Positions 19,404 to 29,612 of a stretch of DNA of 64,000 nucleotides are shown here, piece by piece; the first letter of the stretch is position 1; every line of letters begins with the position of its first letter. The notes beneath the pieces were generated by a model. The model saw only the letters and a list, made by a program, of their open reading frames with translations, made no database searches and was not told the origin of the DNA. The position numbers and the translations under genes are program-made. Source of the DNA: an uncultured delta proteobacterium (GTDB lineage: Bacteria > Myxococcota_A > Polyangia > Polyangiales > Polyangiaceae); assembly GCA_963806225.1 (NCBI GenBank), contig CAWDXG010000001.1, positions 736,001-800,000 on the forward strand, given 5' to 3'.

Positions 19404-21899
19404 ATGCGCTTTTCGCACTGGATTCTGATCGGCTTGCTGGGTGCCGTACCTGCCATGGTCGGCGCCTGCGGCTCGAATGGCGGCGGTACCGCCAGCAACC
19501 TCCACGGCGGCAGCGGCGGCACGGCCGGGAGCAGCACCGGCGGCAGCGGCGGCGGCTCCGCCGCGGACGCGGGGATGAGCTTCGATTCCGGGGGCAGCGG
19601 CGCCCAGTGCAGTACGAGCCAGCCTTGCGACGCCGGCGTCTGCGTCTCCGGCAAGTGCTGCCCCACGGTCGAGCGAGCCTGCGGCGACCAGTGCTGCGAC
19701 AGCGGCCAGGTGTGCCTTTTCAACCAGTGCGTCGTGCCGGGCAAGGCCTGCCAGAGCGCGGCCGACTGCGGCTCGGGTGAGTACTGCGAGACTGCCCTGG
19801 GCAACCAGGGCGACGCCGGGGCGGCCGATGCCGGCGGCAGCACCGACGGCGGGCCCGCGTGTACCCAGCCGGTCGCTGCGAACGGACGCTGTGTGCCCCT
19901 GCCGCCCAAGTGCGTCGGGGACGCCGGCGCACCGGACGGAGGCACCTGCATCGAGGACTGCCAGTACCACCCGCCCGTGGGCAAGCTGACTGCGGTGAAG
20001 AAGTGGCAGTGGGGGCTCGACAATCCGCCGGTCGCCAACCCGAACGCGGCGGACGTGTGGTCCACGCCGACGGTGGCGCGCGTGTACGATGCGAACTGCG
20101 ACGGCAAGGTCGACGAGAACGACCCGCCGGACATCATCTTCGTCTCCGGTAACGTCAACTCGAGCCAGTGCAACGGCAAGGTGAACCGCCAGCCCGATGG
20201 CACCTCGGCGTGCCAGCGCGGCAGGCTGCGCATGCTCGACGGCCGCACCGGCAAGGAGATCTGGACGCTAGCCAAGCCCTCGGCGGGCAGCCTGGGCTTC
20301 GCCGGGTCGTCGGTGGCGCTCGGCGATGTCGACGGGGACGGCCGCATCGACATCGTGGCCATGACCGGCGAGGGCAAGGTCGCGATGGTGAGCGCCGACG
20401 GCAAGGTCGAGCGCATCAGCGACAAGCCCCAGGATCAGGCGCCCACCGGCACCTACGGCTGGGGCGGAGGCGTGGCGCTCGGCGACATGGACGGCGACGG
20501 CCATCCCGAGATCGCCTTCGGGCGCTGTCTTTTCGACACGAAGAACAACGCCATCACGCTCAAGTGGTGCGGTACCGCCGGCAATGGCGGCGGCAACAGC
20601 CATCAGCTGTCGTTCTTTGCGGATCTCGACGGCAACGGGCAGCAGGACCTGGTCGCCGGCAATACCGCCTACAAGTACGACGGCAGCATGCTGTGGAACA
20701 AGACGGCGATTCCGAACGGCTTCAACGCGGTCGCGGACTTCAACGGCGATGGCAAGCCGGATGTCGTCGTCGTCCACGGCGGGCAGGTCTGGATCCTCCA
20801 GGGCGCCACCGGAAACACCGAGCTCGGCCCGGCAACGCTGCCCGGCACCGGCAGCGGTGGCCCGCCGACCGTGGCGGATTTCGACGGCGACAAGAAACCG
20901 GAGGTCGGCGTCGCCCAGCAGAACCTCTATTCGATGCTCAAGCCCGACTATGCCAAAAAGAAGCTGAACGTCGTGTGGTCGACGCCGAACCACGATCTTT
21001 CGTCGTCGGTGACGGGCTCGAGCGTGTTCGACTTCCAGGGCGACGGCCAGGCCGAGGTCATCTACAACGACGAGTGCTTCCTGTGGGTGTTCGACGGCAA
21101 GACCGGGCACGTGGTGCTCAGCGAACCCACCACGTCGTTCACGGGCACCGAGGCGTCGGTGGTCGCCGACGTGGATGGCGACGGCCACGCCGAGATCGTC
21201 ATGATTTCGAACGGCGCCGACCCGAGCTCGAACGGCTGGAAATGCGATGTCGCGCCGTGGAACAAGGTGAGCAACGATCCGGACTACCCGCACATCGCCT
21301 GGAAGCCGCCGTCTTCGACCGAGCCCGCCTACCGCGGCATCACCGTGTGGGGCGACAAGGAAAACTCCTGGGTCGGAACGCGCACGATCTGGAACGAGCA
21401 CGCCTATCACGTGACGAATATCTGCGATTCGCGCGACAGCGCCTGCGATCCGCCGAATGTGTACGGGTCGATCCCCACCCACGAGAAGGACAACTGGAAG
21501 CAGTCCTGGCTGAACAACTTCCGCCAGAACGTGCAGGACAAGGGTGTGTTCGATGCGCCCGACGCCACCGTCTCGCTCGCGGTGGAGTGCACCGATCCGG
21601 TCGTGCTCCACGTGTCGGTGCGCAACATCGGGCTGGCAGGGCTCCCCTCGGGGATCAAGGTCGGCATCTATGTGGTCAAGAGCGGCGTGGAGACGCAGAT
21701 CGGCACGGTGGTCACGACGCAGCCGCTCTTGCCGGGGCAGACGCAGGTGCTCGATTTCACGGCGCCGGCCAGCGCGACCACCGCCGACACGTTCATCGCG
21801 CGCATCATCATCGACCCGAACAACAAGACGTTCAACGAGTGCCGCGCCGACAACAACGCCAGCAAGGACGTGAAGGCCAGCGGCTGCGGACCGACTTGA
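19404..21899 (+). CDS. FG-GAP/VCBS repeat lipoprotein with Cys-rich N-terminus and CARDB-like C-terminus
   Basis: Lipobox VGAC; multiple DxDGDG repeats; C-terminal VRNIG...ECRADNN. Confidence 0.85.
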   Translation: MRFSHWILIGLLGAVPAMVGACGSNGGGTASNLHGGSGGTAGSSTGGSGGGSAADAGMSFDSGGSGAQCSTSQPCDAGVCVSGKCCPTVERACGDQCCDSGQVCLFNQCVVPGKACQSAADCGSGEYCETALGNQGDAGAADAGGSTDGGPACTQPVAANGRCVPLPPKCVGDAGAPDGGTCIEDCQYHPPVGKLTAVKKWQWGLDNPPVANPNAADVWSTPTVARVYDANCDGKVDENDPPDIIFVSGNVNSSQCNGKVNRQPDGTSACQRGRLRMLDGRTGKEIWTLAKPSAGSLGFAGSSVALGDVDGDGRIDIVAMTGEGKVAMVSADGKVERISDKPQDQAPTGTYGWGGGVALGDMDGDGHPEIAFGRCLFDTKNNAITLKWCGTAGNGGGNSHQLSFFADLDGNGQQDLVAGNTAYKYDGSMLWNKTAIPNGFNAVADFNGDGKPDVVVVHGGQVWILQGATGNTELGPATLPGTGSGGPPTVADFDGDKKPEVGVAQQNLYSMLKPDYAKKKLNVVWSTPNHDLSSSVTGSSVFDFQGDGQAEVIYNDECFLWVFDGKTGHVVLSEPTTSFTGTEASVVADVDGDGHAEIVMISNGADPSSNGWKCDVAPWNKVSNDPDYPHIAWKPPSSTEPAYRGITVWGDKENSWVGTRTIWNEHAYHVTNICDSRDSACDPPNVYGSIPTHEKDNWKQSWLNNFRQNVQDKGVFDAPDATVSLAVECTDPVVLHVSVRNIGLAGLPSGIKVGIYVVKSGVETQIGTVVTTQPLLPGQTQVLDFTAPASATTADTFIARIIIDPNNKTFNECRADNNASKDVKASGCGPT

Positions 21900-21978
21900 C
21901 GCCGAAAGCCGACGCCGGGCGCCGCACTCCAGTTGCCGGGTGGTCGGCGGCTGGCGCTCGCGCTATAGCCCGCGTGCC

Positions 21979-22563
21979 ATGACAACCTACGCTCGCAGCC
22001 TGTCGATCGCCGAGGGAACGGCGCTGCCGGAAGCGCTGGAGCAGGCGTCGGGAGGACCGGGGTGGGTCCAGGCGACGGGTGTGGTGGACGATCCAGAAGT
22101 GTGTCTGGCGGGGGAGCCCGGTGTCCGGACGCACAAGGGACGCTTCACGCTCGTGTCGCTGGTGGGGCAGGTGGGAGGTCCCTACGGCGCGATGCTGGTG
22201 CGCGCGGGGGCTGGGGGCAGTGAAGTGTGCGCGGGGCATCTCGTGCGCGCGCGGGTGGTCGACGTTTCCGCGGCGGCGTTGCCGTTCCAGCCCGGCACGA
22301 GCTGGGCGTCGATCGCCGTGGCGACGGCGGAAGCTGCCGCCGAGCCGGAGCCTGACGAACCGGAGCTGCCCGATGTCGGGGATCGCGTCGAGCACTTCGC
22401 GTTTGGACTGTGCAACGTCGTAGGCTCGGACGGCGAACGGCTGCGCATTCGCAGTCTGGGCGGCCACGGCCGCGTGCGGGAGATCTCGCTGTCCATGCTC
22501 GAGGTGGGCCGCCCGGTGGCCAGCGGCGGGCGGCGTGTGTTCAAGCTGCTCAAGCGCGGCTAG
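21979..22563 (+). CDS. Hypothetical protein, PPC/DUF296-like N-terminus
   Basis: GWVQATG, LVSLVG and AGHLVRARV motifs; C-terminal GDRVEHFAFG SH3-like segment. Confidence 0.6.
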   Translation: MTTYARSLSIAEGTALPEALEQASGGPGWVQATGVVDDPEVCLAGEPGVRTHKGRFTLVSLVGQVGGPYGAMLVRAGAGGSEVCAGHLVRARVVDVSAAALPFQPGTSWASIAVATAEAAAEPEPDEPELPDVGDRVEHFAFGLCNVVGSDGERLRIRSLGGHGRVREISLSMLEVGRPVASGGRRVFKLLKRG

Positions 22564-23468
22564 CGCCCCGCGATGCACAGCGTGACGATCCACGCGGCGA
22601 GCGCCGTGGTGATCGCCGTTTCGTTGATGATCACGAAGCGCCGGCACGCCGCGTGGTCTTCGGCGTCGGCACTGCGCACGCCGCGTAGATTCAGTGCCAG
22701 CACGGCCAGGGGCAGCGCTATCACGATTGCCCAGAGCAGCGGCTTTGCGGCGGGCAGCACCAGCGGCGTGCAGGCCGCCGCTAGAGCGATGGCCACGAGG
22801 CTGCCGACACGGCCCGCCCGCTGGCCGTAGCGCACGGGGAAGCTGCGTTTTCCGCCGGCGACGTCGGATGGGTAGTCCGGCAGGGCAAGCGTGATGGCGC
22901 CAGCGTAGCCGAGCACGAAGGACGGTACGAACGCGATCCACGGTGCCGTCTCGATATCCCGCGTCTGCAGATAGTAGCCGAACAGCGGCAGCACCAGGCC
23001 CGCCCCCAGGCCGCGGAGGATCTCTCCGTGCCCGCGGTACGACAGGCGGAAGGGCGAGAAGCTGTACGCCCACATCAACATGACGGCAAACGAGACCAGG
23101 ACGAGCGACAAGGGCCTGTGCAGCCTGAGGCTGAGCAGCGCTCCGAGCAAGCCCATCGCCAGCGCCATGACCAGCGTCGCCTGCGCCAGCTGCATTGGCG
23201 TGAGCTTCCGCTCCGCGATGACGCGAGAACCGCCGGAAAACTCGTTGAACGTGGTGTTGGCGGCGTCGGTACGGTAGTCGGCTACGTCGTTCGCGAAGAC
23301 GAAGAACAGCTGATCGAGTACGCCGAACACGTGTGCCGCCAGGAGCAGCAGCAGCGAGATGTGGCGGGTCACGGCGTAGGCCAGCGCTTCGCCGTACAGG
23401 AGCGGCACGGCGATGTTCAGTTGCAAGAGAGGCCGAGCCGCCTGCCACCATGATCGAGCCTTCGACAT
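22560..23468 (-). CDS. menA: UbiA-family prenyltransferase, MenA-like
   Basis: WWQAARP, NDVADY, SGGSR, YRGHGE and DYPSDVAGGKRS motifs; multiple TM helices. Confidence 0.75.
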   Translation of the reverse strand: MSKARSWWQAARPLLQLNIAVPLLYGEALAYAVTRHISLLLLLAAHVFGVLDQLFFVFANDVADYRTDAANTTFNEFSGGSRVIAERKLTPMQLAQATLVMALAMGLLGALLSLRLHRPLSLVLVSFAVMLMWAYSFSPFRLSYRGHGEILRGLGAGLVLPLFGYYLQTRDIETAPWIAFVPSFVLGYAGAITLALPDYPSDVAGGKRSFPVRYGQRAGRVGSLVAIALAAACTPLVLPAAKPLLWAIVIALPLAVLALNLRGVRSADAEDHAACRRFVIINETAITTALAAWIVTLCIAGR

Positions 23469-23743
23469 CAAGTGCGCGAGCCTTGCTTGAGCCCCTGCTT
23501 TTCGCAAGGCCGCGTGGCCGGCGGCGGCTTGTGGCCGCCCGCCCCGCGGCGCCCTGGGGCTGGGCATCGAAGCTCGGCGGTTGCCTCGGTGCGTCCGCTC
23601 ATCTAGCATCCACAAACGCCAGCGGACGCGACCCGGAGCCAGGATCCACCGGCTCCAGCGCGGCGAGCGCGAGCGGCGAAACCCCGGTGCTCCGGCCTAT
23701 CCGGCGTGCTGGCTTCCACGATATCCCTCTCGTTGTTGGAAAA

Positions 23744-24709
23744 ATGGCGAACGTCAGAGACTTCATCCTCCACCACTATCGTCACTTCAATGCAGCCGCT
23801 GTGATCGACGCCGCCAAGGCGTGGGAAGAGCACCTCGCCAAGGGCGGCAAGATGTTCCTCACCATGGGCGGGGCGATGAGCACCGGTGAGCTCGGTCTGG
23901 TGGTCGCCGAGCTGATCCGTCGCGACAAGGTCCACGGCATGTGCGTCACCGGCGCAAACATTGAAGAGGACGTGTTCAACCTGGTCGCACACAAGAGCTA
24001 CCGCCGCGTCCCCAACTTCCGCGAGCTCACGCCGCACGACGAGAAAGCCCTTCTCGACAAGGGCCTCAATCGCGTGACCGACACCTGCATCCCCGAAGAG
24101 GAGGCGATGCGCAAGATCGAGCGGCACATGCTCGATCTGTGGAAGTCCGCTGACGCCAAGGGCGAGCGGTACATGCCCTACGAGTACTTCTACCAGCTAC
24201 TCAAGAGCGATCGGCTCGAGGGTGAATACGAGATCGATCCCAAGGACTCATGGCTGCTTGCCGCGGCCAAGAAGAACCTCGCTGTCTTCGTGCCGGGCTG
24301 GGAGGATTCAACGCTCGGCAACATGCTGGCGGCGGCCGTCTACCGGAAGAACTGCTCGGCCGGGGTGATGAAGAGCGGCGTCGAGCAGATGGTGGAGCTC
24401 ATCGACTGGTACAAGAAGATGGACGCCGAGGGGCCGGTCGGGTTCTTCCAGGTAGGAGGCGGAATCTCGGGCGATTTCCCGATCTGCGTCGTGCCGCTGA
24501 TCGACCAGGACCTGAAGCAGGAATGCCGCACCTGGGGGTACTTCTGCCAGATCTCGGAAGCCAAGACGTCCTATGGCTCGTACAGCGGCGCGCCGCCGAA
24601 CGAGAAGATCACCTGGGGCAAGATCGACGTTGACACACCGCGCTTCGTGATCGAGTCCGATGCGACGATCGTCTTCCCGCTGATCGCTGCGTACCTGCTC
24701 GACATGTAG
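23744..24709 (+). CDS. Deoxyhypusine synthase-like protein
   Basis: GGAMSTGELG, TGANIEED, NRVTD, GGGISGDF, SYSGAPPNEKITWGK and ESDATI motifs. Confidence 0.92.
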   Translation: MANVRDFILHHYRHFNAAAVIDAAKAWEEHLAKGGKMFLTMGGAMSTGELGLVVAELIRRDKVHGMCVTGANIEEDVFNLVAHKSYRRVPNFRELTPHDEKALLDKGLNRVTDTCIPEEEAMRKIERHMLDLWKSADAKGERYMPYEYFYQLLKSDRLEGEYEIDPKDSWLLAAAKKNLAVFVPGWEDSTLGNMLAAAVYRKNCSAGVMKSGVEQMVELIDWYKKMDAEGPVGFFQVGGGISGDFPICVVPLIDQDLKQECRTWGYFCQISEAKTSYGSYSGAPPNEKITWGKIDVDTPRFVIESDATIVFPLIAAYLLDM

Positions 24710-24756
24710 CTCGCCGCCCTCCGGCTCTACCCCTGAGCACGAGGGCGGAACCCGGA

Positions 24757-25146
24757 TCAATGCAGCATGCTGGGCTCGCTCAGCGCGAAGGCGGCGATCT
24801 CCGCTAGAAAGGTTTCACCGCCCTCGGTGACCATCTCGTAGGTGCCGTGCATGGAGCCGAAGGGCGTCTTGAGCGGGCAACCGGACGTGTACTCGAAGCT
24901 CTCTCCAGGCCTGAGCACTGGCTGGCGCCCCACGACGCCGGGTCCACGCACTTCCTCGACGTCGCCCGTGGCATTGGTAATGGTCCAGTGCCGGTTCATG
25001 AGCTGCACGGTGGTCTTGCCCTCGTTGGTGATGAGGACCGTGTACAGGAAGAACCACTCCTGACGTGCGGGCTCGGAATGATCCGCGGAATAGCGCGACT
25101 CGACGCGAACGCGGATATCGCGGGTAAGGGCTTCCGAACTGGACAA
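24757..25146 (-). CDS. apaG: ApaG protein
   Basis: RHWTIT, GPGVVGRQP and YTSGCPL...GSMHGTY motifs. Confidence 0.95.
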   Translation of the reverse strand: MSSSEALTRDIRVRVESRYSADHSEPARQEWFFLYTVLITNEGKTTVQLMNRHWTITNATGDVEEVRGPGVVGRQPVLRPGESFEYTSGCPLKTPFGSMHGTYEMVTEGGETFLAEIAAFALSEPSMLH

Positions 25147-25313
25147 TGAGTCTCCTGACCTTGCGAAGCAGCGATGGTTCCGATCCCAGGAATACGCGTG
25201 CGGCTCGACTCGGAATCTATACGGACAAAAGGTAGGTATGTGTAGGACAAACTGCCGTTGTGGACCGATCCCTCGACCGCGGGAGCTTCCCGAACAATTC
25301 CCGGCTCTTGTGA

Positions 25314-26435
25314 CTACAGTCGTGGTGGATTCCGGCGAGCATGATCGTCGAACGCTTCACCCAACAGCCCGCTCCGCCACCCCTCGAGCGCTTCAGCGCC
25401 TGCCTCGGCCCGGCCGCTTTCCTGGATCGACGACCGAACACGCCTGAGCACCCGACCCGGGAACGCCAGTTCGGGCGCAACCGACAGCGCCTCGCACAGC
25501 TCGGCGCGCATGCCCGAAAGCCAGGCGTCGAGGCGGATCTCGTCGAAGCTCGCGTACGGGGGCGGATCGATCGGGACGAAGTCCGCGGCGTCCGCTTCCG
25601 CGGTTGCGCGCATCATGCCCCCCGTGAGCCGGTCGCCGTGCACGTTGGCGAAGCGGCGCGGCACGCCCTTCATGCGCGAGAGCTCCTCGGCACTTTCGGG
25701 AAGCCGGCCCGCGATGGCCAGCAGAGCCTTGGGCTCGGGTGCGGCGGACCGATCGGATTCATCGAGCGCGTCGTACCATTCGATCAGGTAGCGGAGCGCC
25801 GCCTGGCTGTGGCGATCGAGCTGCCAGGCGTTGCGGAAGCTGGCCAGCGTCAGCTTCGGTCGCGGCTCCGGGGTGCTCTGCACCGACTCGAGCGACGCGT
25901 CGAACACCACGTGTCCCCGGCCATGCTCCTCGAGGCGCTCGCCAAGGATCCGCCTCAGCTCCGGCAGATGTTCGATATCCCGGGCCGCGTAGCCGAGCTG
26001 CGCGGGCGGAAGCGGACGCCGTTTCCAGTCGTCTGACTGGTGGGACTTGCTGGTGCGGAGCCCCAGCAAGCGGAACTGCAGATAGGCGAGCGACACCGAG
26101 AACTCCGGACCCAGAAGCGCCCACGCGATCTGCGTGTCGAACACGCGGGGCGTGTCGCGGAGTGGCAGCCGCTCGAGCAGGAGCTCAACGTCCTGCTGCC
26201 CAGCGTGCACGACCCATTCGGTACTGCTGCTGGACAGCACTCGTGCGAGCGGGCCTAGGTCCCGTAGCTTCAGCGCGTCGATCAGGAACAGCTCGTCCCC
26301 ACGCGAGATCTGCAGCAGGCACAGGAGCTTGCCCTGGCGCGAGGACTCGAACTCGGTGTCGATGTAGAGACGCGGCGCGCCCTCGAGGGATCGGACGGCG
26401 TCTTCGAGGCCGGAGCGCTGGTCGACGAAATGCAT
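25314..26435 (-). CDS. rnd: Ribonuclease D
   Basis: IDTEF, LCLLQI, FDTQIA, DWKRRPL and YAARD motifs; HRDC-like C-terminus. Confidence 0.9.
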   Translation of the reverse strand: MHFVDQRSGLEDAVRSLEGAPRLYIDTEFESSRQGKLLCLLQISRGDELFLIDALKLRDLGPLARVLSSSSTEWVVHAGQQDVELLLERLPLRDTPRVFDTQIAWALLGPEFSVSLAYLQFRLLGLRTSKSHQSDDWKRRPLPPAQLGYAARDIEHLPELRRILGERLEEHGRGHVVFDASLESVQSTPEPRPKLTLASFRNAWQLDRHSQAALRYLIEWYDALDESDRSAAPEPKALLAIAGRLPESAEELSRMKGVPRRFANVHGDRLTGGMMRATAEADAADFVPIDPPPYASFDEIRLDAWLSGMRAELCEALSVAPELAFPGRVLRRVRSSIQESGRAEAGAEALEGWRSGLLGEAFDDHARRNPPRL

Positions 26436-26510
26436 GAGGTTCGTCGTGGTAGCAGAAATCCGCGCGCCGATCCTTGACTCCCGGGTGGGATCGGGACACG
26501 CGGAGAGGCC

Positions 26511-27167
26511 GTGGCGGCGAGCTACTTCGATGTCGACGGAACGCTGGTGAGCACGAATCTCGTGCACCCCACGCTGTTCTACCTCAGAAACCAGGCGACT
26601 CCGGTGCAGACGCTCGGTCGGCTCGGGCGCAGTCTGATGCGCGCACCGTCGATGGCGGTCGCCGAGTTCTTCGACCGACGTACGTTCAACGAGCTTCTCT
26701 ATTCGACGTACGCGGGGATGAGCGAGGACCGTCTGCTGGTGCTGGCCGACGAGGTCTTCGACACGGTTATCAAGCCGGCCATCTACCCCGAAGCGCGCAA
26801 TCTGGTGCGACGGAACCTCGACCACGGGTCGGACGTGGTGCTCGTCTCCGGCGCGCTGGACTTCATCGTGCAGCGCCTCGCGGACCACCTCGGCGCGACC
26901 AGCATCATCGCCAACCGGCTCGAGCTGAAGGAGGGCGTGGCGACCGGCAAGCTGCAGCGGCCGGTTGTCGCTGGCCCCGAGAAGGCCCGCCTGATCCGCG
27001 AGCACGCGCGTGCGCACGGTCACGATCTGGACGAGTGCTTCGCGTTCAGTGACAGCTACTCGGATGTCCCGATGCTGAGCGTGGTGGGGCACCCGGCCGT
27101 CGTGAATCCGGACCGCCGCCTGGCCCTGCTCGCGCGGGCGTATAGCTGGCCGCTGTTCGAGCTCTGA
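26511..27167 (+). CDS. HAD-IB family hydrolase (elb-cluster associated)
   Basis: FDVDGTL, LVSG, SDSYSDVPML and VNPD motifs. Confidence 0.9.
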   Translation: MAASYFDVDGTLVSTNLVHPTLFYLRNQATPVQTLGRLGRSLMRAPSMAVAEFFDRRTFNELLYSTYAGMSEDRLLVLADEVFDTVIKPAIYPEARNLVRRNLDHGSDVVLVSGALDFIVQRLADHLGATSIIANRLELKEGVATGKLQRPVVAGPEKARLIREHARAHGHDLDECFAFSDSYSDVPMLSVVGHPAVVNPDRRLALLARAYSWPLFEL

Positions 27168-27180
27168 GGGTGCCTCCCCT

Positions 27181-27361
27181 CGCGGGCTCTTCGAGCCCGC
27201 GGTCCCCTCCAAGGCCGGACGCGACGCGCTCCGCGCGCCGCGCGCGGCCGGAGGGGACCTGCGCGACATTGTGCGGTGCGAGTACAGCGCTGGCTCCTCC
27301 TCGCCCGCCGGAATGGCGGGGCTTCTGGGGTGAAGCCCCGCCATTCCGGCGGGCAAGGAGG
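27181..27361. repeat. Cluster of inverted repeats (REP-like) upstream of DUF559
   Basis: 30-bp stem 27296-27325/27332-27361 (one mismatch, 6-nt loop); hairpin 27181-27201; arms 27201-27210/27250-27259. Confidence 0.85.
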
Positions 27362-27369
27362 TCACCAGC

Positions 27370-27730
27370 ATGCGTCGCTCTTGTTCCACTCATCGCTCAC
27401 AGCAGCTCGCCGCATACGCTGTGCGTATGCGGCATGCGCCTACGCGGTCGGGGGCGGCTTTGTGGCGGGCGCTTTCGGGGCGGCGGGTTTGTGGCGTGCA
27501 GTTCCGGCGGCAGTATGTGCTGGGCAGGCGGTGGATTGCGGATTTCGCCGCGCCCGCCGCGCGGCTCGTTATCGAGGTCGACGGTAGTGCGCACTGCGGG
27601 CGCGAGCCACGACGCACAGCGGGACCGCGCGCTCGCGGCACTGGGGCATCGCGTGCTGCGGCTGGATGCGGAGCTGGTGATGAATGATCTGGCTGCGGCG
27701 GTGGCGCTCGTGCGGGGTCAGGCGCAAGCG
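27370..27730 (+). CDS. DUF559 (Vsr-like) endonuclease domain protein, frameshifted near 27600
   Basis: MRHAPTRS..ALWRAL...FRRQ...IADF...LVIEVDG..H, then +1 frame DAQRDRALAALGHRVLRL. Confidence 0.8.
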
Positions 27731-27884
27731 CTCTTCTCGATCGCAACCCGCGGCCCGCAGCGCTCCGCGCCCGGGAAAGGGGAAGAAGAAGCCGGAGAAG
27801 ACACTACCGCGTCCGGCCTGTCCCTTCCACTCCGCTGCCGGGACCGCTTGACGCCGCGCGCGTGCGCTGCGACCGATTCGGGCG

Positions 27885-29465
27885 ATGAACCACCCTTGCC
27901 TGGTCACTCTGGAGCGCGATAGCGCGCCGCGGGTTCTGTTTTCCGGCGACAAGCTGGTCGAGGTCGACCTGCCGGCGGGCACGCGCTGCATCTACCCGAA
28001 GCCGCCCATCGAGCCGCTGAAGGACGTGGACGCGGCGATCCGCTACGCGCTGAACCATCCGCTCGACTCGGAGCCGCTGTACGCAAAGCTCAAGCCGGGC
28101 ATGAAGGTCACCATCGCGATCGACGACATCTCGCTGCCGCTGCCGCCGATGCGCCGCCCCGACGCCCGCGAGCGCGTCCTGGAGATCGTGCTCTCGATGC
28201 TGGCCGATCACGGCGTCGACGACATCGAGATCATCATCGCCACCGGGATCCATCGCCGGATGAAGCCGGAAGAGGTCCGGCACATGGTCGGCGATCGCGT
28301 CTTCAACGAGTACTGGCCCGACCGACTCTACAACCACGACGCCGAGGACAAGGATGGCATGGTCGAGCTCGGTCGCACCGAGCTGGACGAGCCGGTCGAC
28401 CTCAACCGCCGCGCCGCCGAGAGCGATCTCGTCATCTACGCGAACATCACCTTCGTGGCGATGAACGGCGGACACAAGTCGGTCGCGGTCGGGCTGGCGA
28501 GCTACAGGAGCCTGCGCCCCCACCACAACCCGGAGGCGATCCGGCAGAGCAACAGCTACATGGATCCGGGCGGCTCGGAGCTTTCCACACGCATCGCGCG
28601 CATGGGCCGTGTGGTGAACGAGAAGCTGGACGTGTTCACGATCGAGACGACGTTGAACAACCGCATGTTCGACCGAGCGCTCGACTTCCTGTCGAAGAAC
28701 GAGGACGATCTGAACGCGCGCGAGCGGGCGCTGCTCAAGGGCCTGGTGATTTCGACCGGCAAGCTGCCGCAGCCTGCGCGCCAGGCCATCTTCGATCGCT
28801 TCCCGGCTCCCTACGGCGTGACCGGCGTGTGGGCGGGCGAGACGGACGCCGTTCACGAGAAGGCCATCGCCAAGGCCTTCGACCAGTACTGTGTTCCGAT
28901 CGAGGGCCAGGCGGACGTGCTCGTTACCGGTATCCCCTACATCAGCCCGTACAACGTGCACGCCTACCTCAACCCGCTGCTCGTGAGCGTGCTGGCGCAG
29001 GGCTATCTGTTCAACATGTACAGGCACGCGCCGCTCGTGAAGAAGGGCGGGACGCTCATCATCACGCACCCGGTGAGCGACAAGTTCGATCACGAGCAGC
29101 ACGCGCCCTACATCGACTTCGTGCACCGCGTGCTGGCCGAAACGCGCGACGCGATGGAGCTGCATCGCCGCTTCGAGGAGAAATTCGCCAACAATCCAGC
29201 CTTCATCCAGATGTTCCGGAACGGGCACGCCTACCACCCCGCCCACCCGTTCTTCATGTGGTACTGGGGCGAAAATGGGCGTCAGCACCTGGGCCGCGTC
29301 ATCGTCGTCGGGGCCGACAACGAGTACATGCCGAAGCTGCTCGGCTGGGAAACGGCTCCCAGCATGGACGAGGCGCTCTACCGCGCAAAGAACGGCGAGG
29401 TGAAGAGCCTGGACATCACGCTTCTGCACGTTCCGCCCATTGTGATGGGCGAAGTGACCGCGTAG
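27885..29465 (+). CDS. Lactate racemase (LarA/DUF2088) domain protein
   Basis: IAIDDIS, IATGIHR, NHDAED and GGHKS motifs typical of LarA-family N-terminal domains. Confidence 0.85.
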   Translation: MNHPCLVTLERDSAPRVLFSGDKLVEVDLPAGTRCIYPKPPIEPLKDVDAAIRYALNHPLDSEPLYAKLKPGMKVTIAIDDISLPLPPMRRPDARERVLEIVLSMLADHGVDDIEIIIATGIHRRMKPEEVRHMVGDRVFNEYWPDRLYNHDAEDKDGMVELGRTELDEPVDLNRRAAESDLVIYANITFVAMNGGHKSVAVGLASYRSLRPHHNPEAIRQSNSYMDPGGSELSTRIARMGRVVNEKLDVFTIETTLNNRMFDRALDFLSKNEDDLNARERALLKGLVISTGKLPQPARQAIFDRFPAPYGVTGVWAGETDAVHEKAIAKAFDQYCVPIEGQADVLVTGIPYISPYNVHAYLNPLLVSVLAQGYLFNMYRHAPLVKKGGTLIITHPVSDKFDHEQHAPYIDFVHRVLAETRDAMELHRRFEEKFANNPAFIQMFRNGHAYHPAHPFFMWYWGENGRQHLGRVIVVGADNEYMPKLLGWETAPSMDEALYRAKNGEVKSLDITLLHVPPIVMGEVTA

Positions 29466-29612
29466 GCTCGTACGCGGCAGATGCGCTGGCGCACGAACGT
29501 TCAGGATTCACAGAACATCCGGCGTGCCGGAGCTTGACTCCGACCCCCAGCTGGAGAACGCACAGGGTCCGGTGCGATCCCCCCGGGGTGGTGGAGCACC
29601 GCGTCGTAGACG

